A DNA stretch of 64,000 nt from Bacteroidales bacterium (GTDB taxonomy: Bacteria; Bacteroidota; Bacteroidia; Bacteroidales; UBA932), in NCBI GenBank assembly GCA_017452265.1, contig JAFTMS010000023.1:22856-86855 (forward strand). Direction: 5' to 3'. Below, piece by piece: positions 9,528 through 17,608 of the stretch. Position numbers and translations under genes: made by a program. Position 1 is the first letter of the stretch; each line of letters opens with the position of its first letter. Below the pieces are notes generated by a model. That model had not been told where the DNA came from, did no database searches, and saw only the letters and a list, made by a program, of their open reading frames with translations.

Positions 9528-10106
9528 TTATTCGGCTTTCCGGTTCATCATGATTCCCGGTATGATGAGATTCAGCAATGAGGCGACAGCAAAGAACAGG
9601 GGAACATCGGCATTCTGGGCGAACAGGAGGGCGATTGTACATCCTAATCCTGTTATGAATCCACCGATGGAAATATAGCTGTTCTTCAGGAGCATACCGG
9701 TCAGAACCGCTGAGAATCCGAGAAGCACGGCAGTAATATATCCGGTGAACTGCGGAGCCACGAAAGCGAATACCGTACACAATACGGTTGCAAAGATTCC
9801 GTATGTTCCCCAGATCTGCCCGAGAAAACGGCTGATGAAGGTGTTTCCGCTGCTTTTGCAATGGCGCTTTGAATATATCGCTGTAACAGGCCAGCCTATG
9901 ACAGGAATGCAGAACCATAGGAAGTTCCACTTTACGTCGCCGGTAAGTTTAAATGTAATCCAGACAGCGATTGCGACAATAAATACGATGACACCCCATA
10001 TTATCATAGGTATGCCGCCTCTTTTTTCATAGTCTTTTCTGCTCTTTTCGATTGCTTCGTTGATGATCTGAAGGCTTTTTTCCGGAGTCATTTCATTGGT
10101 TTCCAT
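9528..10106 (-). CDS. Membrane protein (about 6 TM) paired with the wHTH regulator
   Basis: PEKSLQII.EAI N-terminus followed by hydrophobic segments; 10-bp gap to the wHTH gene. Confidence 0.8.
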   Translation of the reverse strand: METNEMTPEKSLQIINEAIEKSRKDYEKRGGIPMIIWGVIVFIVAIAVWITFKLTGDVKWNFLWFCIPVIGWPVTAIYSKRHCKSSGNTFISRFLGQIWGTYGIFATVLCTVFAFVAPQFTGYITAVLLGFSAVLTGMLLKNSYISIGGFITGLGCTIALLFAQNADVPLFFAVASLLNLIIPGIMMNRKAE

Positions 10107-10194
10107 ACAATTTAGTATTAACTGTTTAACTTTTTATGATTCTGTCCTCATCCTTCCGGACGGATAAGGACAGAATCTTCTCCTGTGATCACGA

Positions 10195-10224
10195 CGCAAA
10201 TATAAACAAGTTTATAATATAAAC
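10195..10224 (-). promoter_or_regulatory. TAnnTTTG promoter element plus palindromic operator GTTTATA-A-TATAAAC
   Basis: Minus-strand TATATTTGCG at 10195-10204; 15-bp palindrome at 10210-10224, likely an autoregulatory site (inference). Confidence 0.55.
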
Positions 10225-10351
10225 CAAATTTTTGTTTCAACAAGCAAAATTTAGTTACGTCACACGATTCTTTGACAATTCAGAGAATTGGAGCTAAAGA
10301 TTTACATTATACATCAAATTGAGTAACTTTGCAGGCCTAAAATGAAAAAAC

Positions 10352-11704
10352 ATGGGAATAATTCCGGACAGATACATAAATGACCTCGCACGAAGCCTGA
10401 AGAAAAGGTGTGAGAAGTACAGCAATACGCCGATGAACGGCTGGCTGGCGCTCAGTCCGCTTCTTGTCTTCCTCTGCGTATATCTCGTGTCCTCCATCAT
10501 CGCGCAGGACTTCTACAAGATTCCTATTTCGGCAGCCTTTCTCGTCGCGTCGGTCTATGCCGTGGCAATCTGCAGGGGCAAGACTCTTGAGGAAAGAGTG
10601 AGCATATTTTCGGACGGAGCCGGCAACAGGAACGTCCTGCTGATGATATGGATCTTCGTGCTGGCCGGAGCCTTTGCCTCAACCGCAAAGGAAATCGGCG
10701 CCATCGATGCCACGGTCAACCTTGCCTTGCGGATACTGCCCGGGAAGCTGCTCTACGCCGGCCTCTTCCTCGCATCCTGCTTCATATCCATGTCGATAGG
10801 TACAAGCGTGGGAACGATAGTGGCGCTCGTGCCGGTCGCAGCAGGAATAGCACAGGAAATCGACGCAGGAACAGCATTCATCACAGCGATAATAGTCGGC
10901 GGTGCATTCTTCGGGGACAATCTGTCGTTCATCTCGGACACCACGATTGCCGCCACCAGGACACAGGAATGCTCGATGTCCGACAAGTTCAAGGTGAATC
11001 TGCGCATAGTCGGCCCGGCCGCTCTTGCAGTATTTATTCTGTACATATTCCTGGGGCAGTCCGTGAGCATAAATCCGGAAACGGTACCTATCGACTGGGT
11101 GCTCCTGATCCCCTATGTGCTTGTCATTGCATTCGCTGTTTCCGGCATGGACGTTTCTGCCGTGCTGACGATAGGCATCGGTGTGAACGCCCTCATCGGC
11201 TTCGTGCGAGGCAGTATGACATGGAGCTCATGGCTCGGGGCAATCGGAAGCGGCATCAGCGGAATGGGAGACCTCATAATCGTGACAATGCTGGCCGGCG
11301 GAATGCTTGAGCTAATCCGCTCGAACGGAGGCATCGACTTCATTGTCGGAGGGCTGACAAAGCACATAAAAGGCAAGAGAGGGGCCGAACTGAGCATCGC
11401 CGGTCTCGTATCGCTTGCAAACCTGTGCACTGCAAACAACACAATCGCAATCATAACGACAGGACGCATCGCCCGGGACATCACCCGACGCTTCGGTCTG
11501 GATCCGCGCAAGTCCGCCAGCATCCTCGACACGTTCTCCTGCCTGATTCAGGGCCTTATCCCGTACGGAGCCCAGCTGCTCATGGCAAGCGGTCTTGCCG
11601 GCATATCCTCAGTCAGCATAATCGGCCATCTGTACTATCCGTTCACAATGGGCCTTTTCGCCCTCGGCGCCATCCTCTTCAGACTGCCGCGCAAATATTC
11701 ATAA
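10352..11704 (+). CDS. NhaC-family Na+/H+ antiporter-like transporter
   Basis: GTSVGTI, GAFFGDNLSFISDTTIAA, ANNT.AI, LIPYGAQLL motifs; TAACTTTG promoter element at 10324. Confidence 0.88.
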   Translation: MGIIPDRYINDLARSLKKRCEKYSNTPMNGWLALSPLLVFLCVYLVSSIIAQDFYKIPISAAFLVASVYAVAICRGKTLEERVSIFSDGAGNRNVLLMIWIFVLAGAFASTAKEIGAIDATVNLALRILPGKLLYAGLFLASCFISMSIGTSVGTIVALVPVAAGIAQEIDAGTAFITAIIVGGAFFGDNLSFISDTTIAATRTQECSMSDKFKVNLRIVGPAALAVFILYIFLGQSVSINPETVPIDWVLLIPYVLVIAFAVSGMDVSAVLTIGIGVNALIGFVRGSMTWSSWLGAIGSGISGMGDLIIVTMLAGGMLELIRSNGGIDFIVGGLTKHIKGKRGAELSIAGLVSLANLCTANNTIAIITTGRIARDITRRFGLDPRKSASILDTFSCLIQGLIPYGAQLLMASGLAGISSVSIIGHLYYPFTMGLFALGAILFRLPRKYS

Positions 11705-11970
11705 TCTCCCACCGACTGCATATGGAAAGAAAGATATCTATTTGCGCAATTTATTTGAGAAGACGGCGCGGTAAAGTTTTCCATTCAAAATCACGCACCA
11801 AGGCATTGACAATCAGGCCATTACCAACACCTTAATGCTTTTTAAGCGAATATCGTCGCAAATAATCCTCCCTGAATATCAATCAGTTACACCTGCAGAA
11901 ATGAAAACTTTTTATTTGTGAGAAAACTTTTTGTACAATACATTTGTACCATAATCAAATACCCATGGAT

Positions 11971-12585
11971 ATGAAACGAGTACTGGCAATTTTGGCTGGC
12001 GTGTGTCTGACTGGCATCTCATTGCCCGCTCAGCACAAATCATACTTTTATTCCAAAGGATTAGACTTTGAGTGGTCAATAGCTTGTCATACGATTGGAG
12101 AGGCTGCAGCCGAAACAACCATAGGAGCAGGTTATCGGTTCGGCAAAGGATGGATGATGTCTGCAGGAGCCGGTTACACAGGATGCACATTCCCTAATAA
12201 AGGCAAATGGAACCACTTTCTTACGGCATATGTCGAAGGCAAATACTCATTCCTTGACAGGAAAGTCAGTCCTTATTTGGGAATAAGAATTAAAGGTCAG
12301 TATATGTTGAGTCCAGATATAGGTAAGCTCGTGGTTATCCCTGACTATGATAGGTACACGAGTTCCAGACAACTGTTCGTTCTGCCTCAAGTTGGTGTTG
12401 ATATAAAGAAAACATCAATATGGATCGGACTGGGATCTCATTTTGCATGGGAAATTGAACATTATGATGCTGAGTATACTCAGAATTCCCACAATAATCC
12501 GGCTGCTGATATGACTCCGCCCAAAGACATAGAATGGCAATATCTGATGCCATGTTTTGCCCTGGGCGCTACCTTTAGATTTTAA
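11971..12585 (+). CDS. Outer-membrane beta-barrel protein
   Basis: Signal peptide MKRVLAILAG; GAGYRF, SPY.G strands; ends ...GATFRF. Confidence 0.7.
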   Translation: MKRVLAILAGVCLTGISLPAQHKSYFYSKGLDFEWSIACHTIGEAAAETTIGAGYRFGKGWMMSAGAGYTGCTFPNKGKWNHFLTAYVEGKYSFLDRKVSPYLGIRIKGQYMLSPDIGKLVVIPDYDRYTSSRQLFVLPQVGVDIKKTSIWIGLGSHFAWEIEHYDAEYTQNSHNNPAADMTPPKDIEWQYLMPCFALGATFRF

Positions 12586-12605
12586 AGATCATTCCGAAGA
12601 TGGAC

Positions 12606-12750
12606 GTACAGACAGGAATGCCTTTGCCACGAAACACCTAACTATATGAATATCACCATAATACATGCTTTAAGGTCGGTAAAAATTCCGACCTTAATGA
12701 GAATAAATCATTTATTATCAGCCACTTAGATGTTTTGCATTTTACAAACC
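12606..12750. repeat. 145-bp palindromic direct repeat, copy 1
   Basis: First 93 bp identical to 15101-15193; central hairpin ttaaggtcgg-N8-ccgaccttaa. Confidence 0.95.
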
Positions 12751-12959
12751 GTATTGGGTGTTGGTTCGGCTTCATGAAATCAGACAGAGAGATTTCATAA
12801 AAATTGGGCAGTTATAGCACTACATACTCTACTGACAGACAGCATGTTGCAGAAATTTCGGGGGGGGTAGGAAATACCATTGGAATTACATAATTTTGCA
12901 CTTGAAGAGGACTATTGTTCGAGATTTTGGAAAGCGAGTAATCAATAATTAAATTTAAT

Positions 12960-13532
12960 ATGAAACGGATTTCAACAATTGCGATTCTGGCATTCGCCAT
13001 CGTTGCGTGTGGCGACAAAATCGAAACCAAAGATGACGAGAAGTTTGATTTCGGAGAAGTGGGATCATTCCTGGAGCTGGTATATTCCGATGGCGTGTAT
13101 GCTCCAAAAAGCAATCCTGTCGGGCAGGAAGCGTTTGATGCAAAGTTCAAAGGCACCTACAGACTTGAGGAAATCAAGTCCGTATCCAAGACCGGCAAAC
13201 TCACGACCGTTGAGATGCTGCCCGGTATACAATATCCTTTATTCGCTGTAAAGGATGGAGGGAAAATACGCCAATACATAGATGCCACTCAGGAAAAGAC
13301 ATATAAGGACGGCTCATATTCATATGATTCCGCAACCGGCATCCTGACGTTCGAGAATGCGGTCAGCGAGCACCCTGAATTTCGTGTGGTAACCTTGAAA
13401 GACGAAGAATTGACCGGCACATTCAAAGCCCAAAACAACGACTCTGATGAATCAGTGCTTACTCTTTATGTCTATTCCCGTCTGTCACCGCTCGACGAAG
13501 CCGGTCTTGACCAGTTATACGGAGCAGAATAA
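12960..13532 (+). CDS. Lipocalin-like lipoprotein
   Basis: Lipobox IVAC; beta-rich GSYSYD..TG.LT; TAATTTTG promoter element at 12891. Confidence 0.7.
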   Translation: MKRISTIAILAFAIVACGDKIETKDDEKFDFGEVGSFLELVYSDGVYAPKSNPVGQEAFDAKFKGTYRLEEIKSVSKTGKLTTVEMLPGIQYPLFAVKDGGKIRQYIDATQEKTYKDGSYSYDSATGILTFENAVSEHPEFRVVTLKDEELTGTFKAQNNDSDESVLTLYVYSRLSPLDEAGLDQLYGAE

Positions 13533-13547
13533 GTAATTCCAGGCAAT

Positions 13548-14054
13548 ATGAAAAGAGCACTCACAATCCTTGCCTTTATGGCCGGCTTCATCTTCAACGC
13601 CAATGCACAGACGGCAGATGAAACCTCACAGCTCAATGTGTCGAACGACAGATTCTTCATCAATGGAATGCCGCTTAATGACGGAGAGATACTTGATCTC
13701 CTTGGTGAAGATATCTACAACAATGAATACCTCCCGGCAAAGAAGAAGCTAAAGACAGCAAATACTCTTGGATACGTAGGAGGTACCATTATGGGAATCG
13801 GTGTGGGCTGCGCAGCCGGAGACCTGGTCTCGTCAGCCATATATGGATATAAGATCAAAGCCCAGCCATACATCATATATGGATGCATCACAGCTGTGGG
13901 ACTGATTCCGACATTGATTCATTTCCATATGGTCAAAAACGGTCAGGCTGCATATGCAAGAATTGCCGAAACCTATAACAAGACTACAGGCAAGGTCACA
14001 GAGCTGACTTTAAGTCCTGCCAGAACAGGATTTGGACTCGCAATCAATTTCTAA
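13548..14054 (+). CDS. Hypothetical exported/membrane protein
   Basis: Signal peptide, two Gly-rich hydrophobic segments, C-terminal GFGLAINF. Confidence 0.7.
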   Translation: MKRALTILAFMAGFIFNANAQTADETSQLNVSNDRFFINGMPLNDGEILDLLGEDIYNNEYLPAKKKLKTANTLGYVGGTIMGIGVGCAAGDLVSSAIYGYKIKAQPYIIYGCITAVGLIPTLIHFHMVKNGQAAYARIAETYNKTTGKVTELTLSPARTGFGLAINF

Positions 14055-14061
14055 TCATACT

Positions 14062-14375
14062 ATGAGAAAACTGTTCCTCTTATTGACTGCTGCGATTGGT
14101 GCAGCATCATTGTCCTCCTGCGGCACAACCGGTTATCTCTCAGCCGGTTATGATGCAGATGCAATAAAAGACGTTGTCCTTCTTGAACCGGTATCCAAGA
14201 TTGAGACTGTCGGCAAAGGAGAGATTGCCGTCACGAATGACACAGCTTGTGCAGCGTCTCAGGACAAAACTGCGTCGCCTGGCATAACCACGACATCGGT
14301 GTCGACCATAATCCCCTGAAGCAAAAGCACATAGAAAGACAGTTCAAACGCATCTTCCGCAAGTTTAACAAATAA
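14062..14375 (+). pseudogene. Lipoprotein gene remnant (internal deletion or frameshift)
   Basis: MRKLFLL...LSSC start; the frame ends at 14319 while another frame carries a protein-like terminus HNPLKQKHIERQFKRIFRKFNK* ending at 14375. Confidence 0.55.
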
Positions 14376-14389
14376 TCACCTTCAATAAT

Positions 14390-14668
14390 ATGAAAAAGGT
14401 CTTATTCATAACTACAATGATCTGCCAGCTGGCAACTGCCTGCGGAGATTTATTCGGTACTCAGCATTCTATTGAGGGAACATGGGGAATGGTTTCTGGC
14501 GGAATAAAGAAGAACGGATCGTTCAAATCTCTTGATTAGAAAGCTGACTTCTATAAGACGATTGAGTTCAAGTCTGATGGTACCTTTGTCGAAACCTGTG
14601 GCTCATATACTGCTACAGGCACATATAATGCAAGCTGTATTAAGTATGACAGCGCAACTGTCATTTAG
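14390..14668 (+). pseudogene. Lipocalin-like lipoprotein pseudogene with an in-frame stop
   Basis: MKKVLFIT...ATAC...IEGTW; TAG at 14537-14539; continues in frame KADFYKTIEFKSDGTF...GTY. Confidence 0.65.
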
Positions 14669-14669
14669 G

Positions 14670-15064
14670 CCCCTGGACTGGCTACGGCTTCTTTAGTATC
14701 GAGCCTGAAATATTCACTAAACAATATAAAAGATATCTCAAGTCCATGATAATAAGGGATACGGTGTTCATGAACAAGTTGGCAGGAAGTATTGAATCCC
14801 GTGGCTGATACCTCTAAACGCCCTTTTGATACATTTCTTATGATTAAGTTATATCATGATGAAGCCCAAAGCCCTGATACACTTGCTTTAGGTTACAATC
14901 TGTTACGTTTCAATCAGGAGGTTTATGCTGACAGCAATGCCATTAGAATGATTACCGATAAAATCATCAAACATGATAAAGATTTTGCCGAGGATGTCAG
15001 GATGTACTATGAAGATGGAGCGTGGTATCCATATATCGGTAAAGACCCGTGGCGACAAGAGTAG
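14670..15064 (+). pseudogene. 3' fragment of a hypothetical gene
   Basis: Coding-like sequence split across two frames near 14790-14810; no credible start codon. Confidence 0.4.
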
Positions 15065-15100
15065 AAAACTTTGCAACCGGCATGTGATTGGGAGGCAGAA

Positions 15101-15245
15101 GTACAGACAGGAATGCCTTTGCCACGAAACACCTAACTATATGAATATCACCATAATACATGCTTTAAGGTCGGTAAAAATTCCGACCTTAATAAACGCA
15201 AATCATTTATCATCAATCACTTAGGTGTTTTGCATTTTGCAAGCC
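15101..15245. repeat. 145-bp palindromic direct repeat, copy 2
   Basis: Matches 12606-12750 at offset 2495; outer arms aaacacctaa...ttaggtgttt. Confidence 0.95.
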
Positions 15246-15422
15246 AGCTGATATATATATCTTCTGACTTATGGCATACCGGAATCTGATGCTTTTTGTA
15301 GCTGACATATGCGGATGTTGCATGGCGTTCCGGGGCTATGGGATGTATTGCGGACGGGCGGTGGAAATGTGATCTGGCAAAATAATTGTGTCTTCATGGA
15401 TTCTGTATAAAACGTACAAGAC

Positions 15423-16043
15423 ATGAAGACACTTATTGTATTCAACCATCCTTTTGAGGAAAGTTTCTGCGGAGCGGTTCTGCAGGCGGTTCAGAACGGG
15501 CTGAAGGAATCCCGGAAGAAGTTTGATGTGATTCATCTGGACCGCGACAGGTTCGATCCCGTGATGCGCGAAAAGGACCTGCTCGCCTTCAGAGGTGCAG
15601 GAAAAGGCGATGCGGATGCGCTGGAAGTGGTCGATCCAGAGGTGCTGGAGTACAAGGCAAAACTGGAGGAAGCGGACCATCTGGTGATAATATTTCCGAT
15701 CTGGTGGATGACCATGCCGGCCATGACCAAAGGCTTCATCGACAAGGTCATATTCCCGGCGATAGCCTACAACAATGCCGGCGGAGGACGCATGAAATCG
15801 CGCCTCCCTCTCGAAAAGGTGACAGTGATCTCTACGATGAACACCCCGGCAGACATCTACAGGGACATGTTCCACAACGCTCTGGAAGGTGCCCTCATCA
15901 AGGGAACCTTCAAACAGATCGGCATTGAAGACGTGGAATGGATAAGCCTCAGCGAGGTGAAGCAGGCCGGCGACGAACAACGCCGCAAATGGCTCCGCGA
16001 CATAGAGACACGCTTCGGTTCGATTCCCGACATGGTGGCGTAA
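15423..16043 (+). CDS. NAD(P)H-dependent quinone oxidoreductase (flavodoxin-2 family)
   Basis: IVFNHP..SF, ADHLVIIFPIWWMTMPAMTKGFIDKV motifs. Confidence 0.9.
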   Translation: MKTLIVFNHPFEESFCGAVLQAVQNGLKESRKKFDVIHLDRDRFDPVMREKDLLAFRGAGKGDADALEVVDPEVLEYKAKLEEADHLVIIFPIWWMTMPAMTKGFIDKVIFPAIAYNNAGGGRMKSRLPLEKVTVISTMNTPADIYRDMFHNALEGALIKGTFKQIGIEDVEWISLSEVKQAGDEQRRKWLRDIETRFGSIPDMVA

Positions 16044-16068
16044 TAAGCTTTTCAAGCCCGTCGGAAGC

Positions 16069-16671
16069 CTACAGCTCTATCGAATTCGAGTCTACCAGAT
16101 TGTTCAGCAGCGCATACACCGTAAGACCGGCTACCGTCTTGATTCCGGTCTTGCGGGTTATGTTTTTCCTGTGGGTGATGACCGTATGGATGGATATGTT
16201 GTAATAGTCAGCTATCTCCTTGTTCAGCATGCCTTTGGCCACACATACCAATATCTCCTTTTCGCGAAGCGACAGGTCATATCCCTCGGCCTCAGGGATT
16301 TCCTGACGGGATGCCACAGCCTCGCGCAGCTTCTTGACGATAGCTACCGGATCATCATACAGCCCTATCACGGCATCGTACTGCTTCTGCTGCTCTTCGT
16401 CCATAGGGATGGTCCGGACAGCAACGACAGCCGCCGACGAAAGCCCTGATATATGGCTTCGGGCCGATGAACGCGACACGTAATCAAAGATAACAGGGTC
16501 AACCAGTATGATGTCCGCATCCATACTTCTCAGCCTCGCCTCCGACGCATGGGAGAGATCCCCCAATATGCCTTCGACACGAAATTCGCCATGGTCACTC
16601 AGGGCCGACTCTATGCCCCTCGCAACTATCTTGGAGGGCACGATAAGCAGAACTTTCTTCAGATTCTTCAT
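16069..16671 (-). CDS. LuxR/NarL-type HTH regulator with an atypical receiver-like N-domain
   Basis: LSLREKEIL..VAKG..NKEIA....IS.HTV.THRKNI..K; the first strand ends LLIVPS, without the acidic pair. Confidence 0.88.
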   Translation of the reverse strand: MKNLKKVLLIVPSKIVARGIESALSDHGEFRVEGILGDLSHASEARLRSMDADIILVDPVIFDYVSRSSARSHISGLSSAAVVAVRTIPMDEEQQKQYDAVIGLYDDPVAIVKKLREAVASRQEIPEAEGYDLSLREKEILVCVAKGMLNKEIADYYNISIHTVITHRKNITRKTGIKTVAGLTVYALLNNLVDSNSIEL

Positions 16672-16680
16672 CGCCCCTCC

Positions 16681-17388
16681 TTATCTGCTCATTGCGGTTT
16701 CGATCCTGTTCACAAGAGGAATCAGGACCGCATCCTCTATAATCGTATGTCTGGCAAGATCCTCTCCGAGACGGAATATCCTGTACAGCACTTCATTGCG
16801 AAGAACAGTGTCGCACGTTTCCGGAAGATACTTCATGACTATACTCTTGAGGTCGTCCAGCGTCTCCTCTATGTTGCTGTGGTTTTCCTCGAACTGCTCT
16901 ATCGCATATCCTTCACAGCGCGTCTTCTTCCCGAGGGCGCGCACATACGGGAAAACGGTGCTTTCCTCATAGGCAAAGTGATTCTCCACCTGAGCCTTGT
17001 AATCCGTGAAGAACTTAGCGACAATCTTCTTCTGGGTAGCGTCGCAAGGCTCAACCATGGCCCTGATATCCTTCTCAAGATTCGGGAATTCCTTGTCGAG
17101 ATAGAATGCGTGGGAGTTGTGCAGATATTCAACCAGAGTTACAGGATCAGCCCCCGCAAGCAGTTCAGCAGCAGGCACATAACCATCGTATGCATACACA
17201 TTGCATATAAGAAGGAATGAATTCAGGTTTATGCCCTGCTTCGCGCACACCTCAACTATCGTATTCTCGCCGAAACCGAGACCTATGCCCATACGTGAGA
17301 GCACATTCAGAAGCTTCCAGTCGAGGTCTATCAGATCCGCCAGCTTCATCGAAGCGGAAAAGACTATGTGTCTGTCGTCTATACTCAT
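16681..17388 (-). CDS. Hemerythrin-like (HHE) domain protein, Ric/ScdA-like
   Basis: LHNSH, HFAYEE, FEENH, HTIIED metal-ligand motifs; N-terminal GFGENTI.EVC. Confidence 0.82.
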   Translation of the reverse strand: MSIDDRHIVFSASMKLADLIDLDWKLLNVLSRMGIGLGFGENTIVEVCAKQGINLNSFLLICNVYAYDGYVPAAELLAGADPVTLVEYLHNSHAFYLDKEFPNLEKDIRAMVEPCDATQKKIVAKFFTDYKAQVENHFAYEESTVFPYVRALGKKTRCEGYAIEQFEENHSNIEETLDDLKSIVMKYLPETCDTVLRNEVLYRIFRLGEDLARHTIIEDAVLIPLVNRIETAMSR

Positions 17389-17419
17389 ATCTTTATGTTT
17401 ACGAAATCATATGCCGGCT

Positions 17420-17429
17420 CTGCAAATTT
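17420..17429 (-). promoter_or_regulatory. Bacteroidetes -7 promoter element for the hemerythrin-luxR operon
   Basis: Minus-strand TAAATTTGCA about 33 bp upstream of ATG 17388. Confidence 0.6.
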
Positions 17430-17447
17430 AAGGGTTTTGCAGGAATG

Positions 17448-17556
17448 CAACAAGAGGCGTTCCTCACGGAAGGCCTCTCATTAAGCAACTATAAAGTCTA
17501 ATACAACAATTAAAAGGATTAAAATTTCATTAACTATAATGGCTTGTCACATTTTC
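17448..17556 (-). ncRNA. Candidate ~110-nt small RNA
   Basis: Own TATCTTTG promoter element (17562-17569), U-rich ORF-free body, terminal GNRA-capped hairpin at 17453-17478. Confidence 0.5.
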
Positions 17557-17592
17557 TGATGCAAAGATAGGCCTTGTCGGAAAGCTGCGCAA

Positions 17593-17608
17593 TCCCTAAT
17601 TGTTGGTA
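17593..17608. promoter_or_regulatory. NarL-like 7-2-7 box TCCCTAA-TT-GTTGGTA
   Basis: Imperfect inverted heptamers 24 bp upstream of the 17562-17569 promoter element; similar to 20152-20167. Confidence 0.45.

Noticed and set aside
10210-10224. GTTTATAATATAAAC as a third IclR operator
   Set aside because: Similar core, but AT-rich and 39 kb away; it is better explained as the adjacent wHTH regulator's own site.
14537-14539. Programmed TAG readthrough or recoding
   Set aside because: TAG terminates intact genes elsewhere in the window (e.g. 6685-5078, ROK), and the neighbours are also decayed, so a pseudogene is the simpler reading.
12606-15245. Canonical integron attC sites or a CRISPR array
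   Set aside because: ACCTAAC fits RYYYAAC, but the other end is CTTAGRT rather than GTTRRRY, and there is no intI in the window. Two 145-bp copies 2.5 kb apart are not a CRISPR array, and no cas genes are present.
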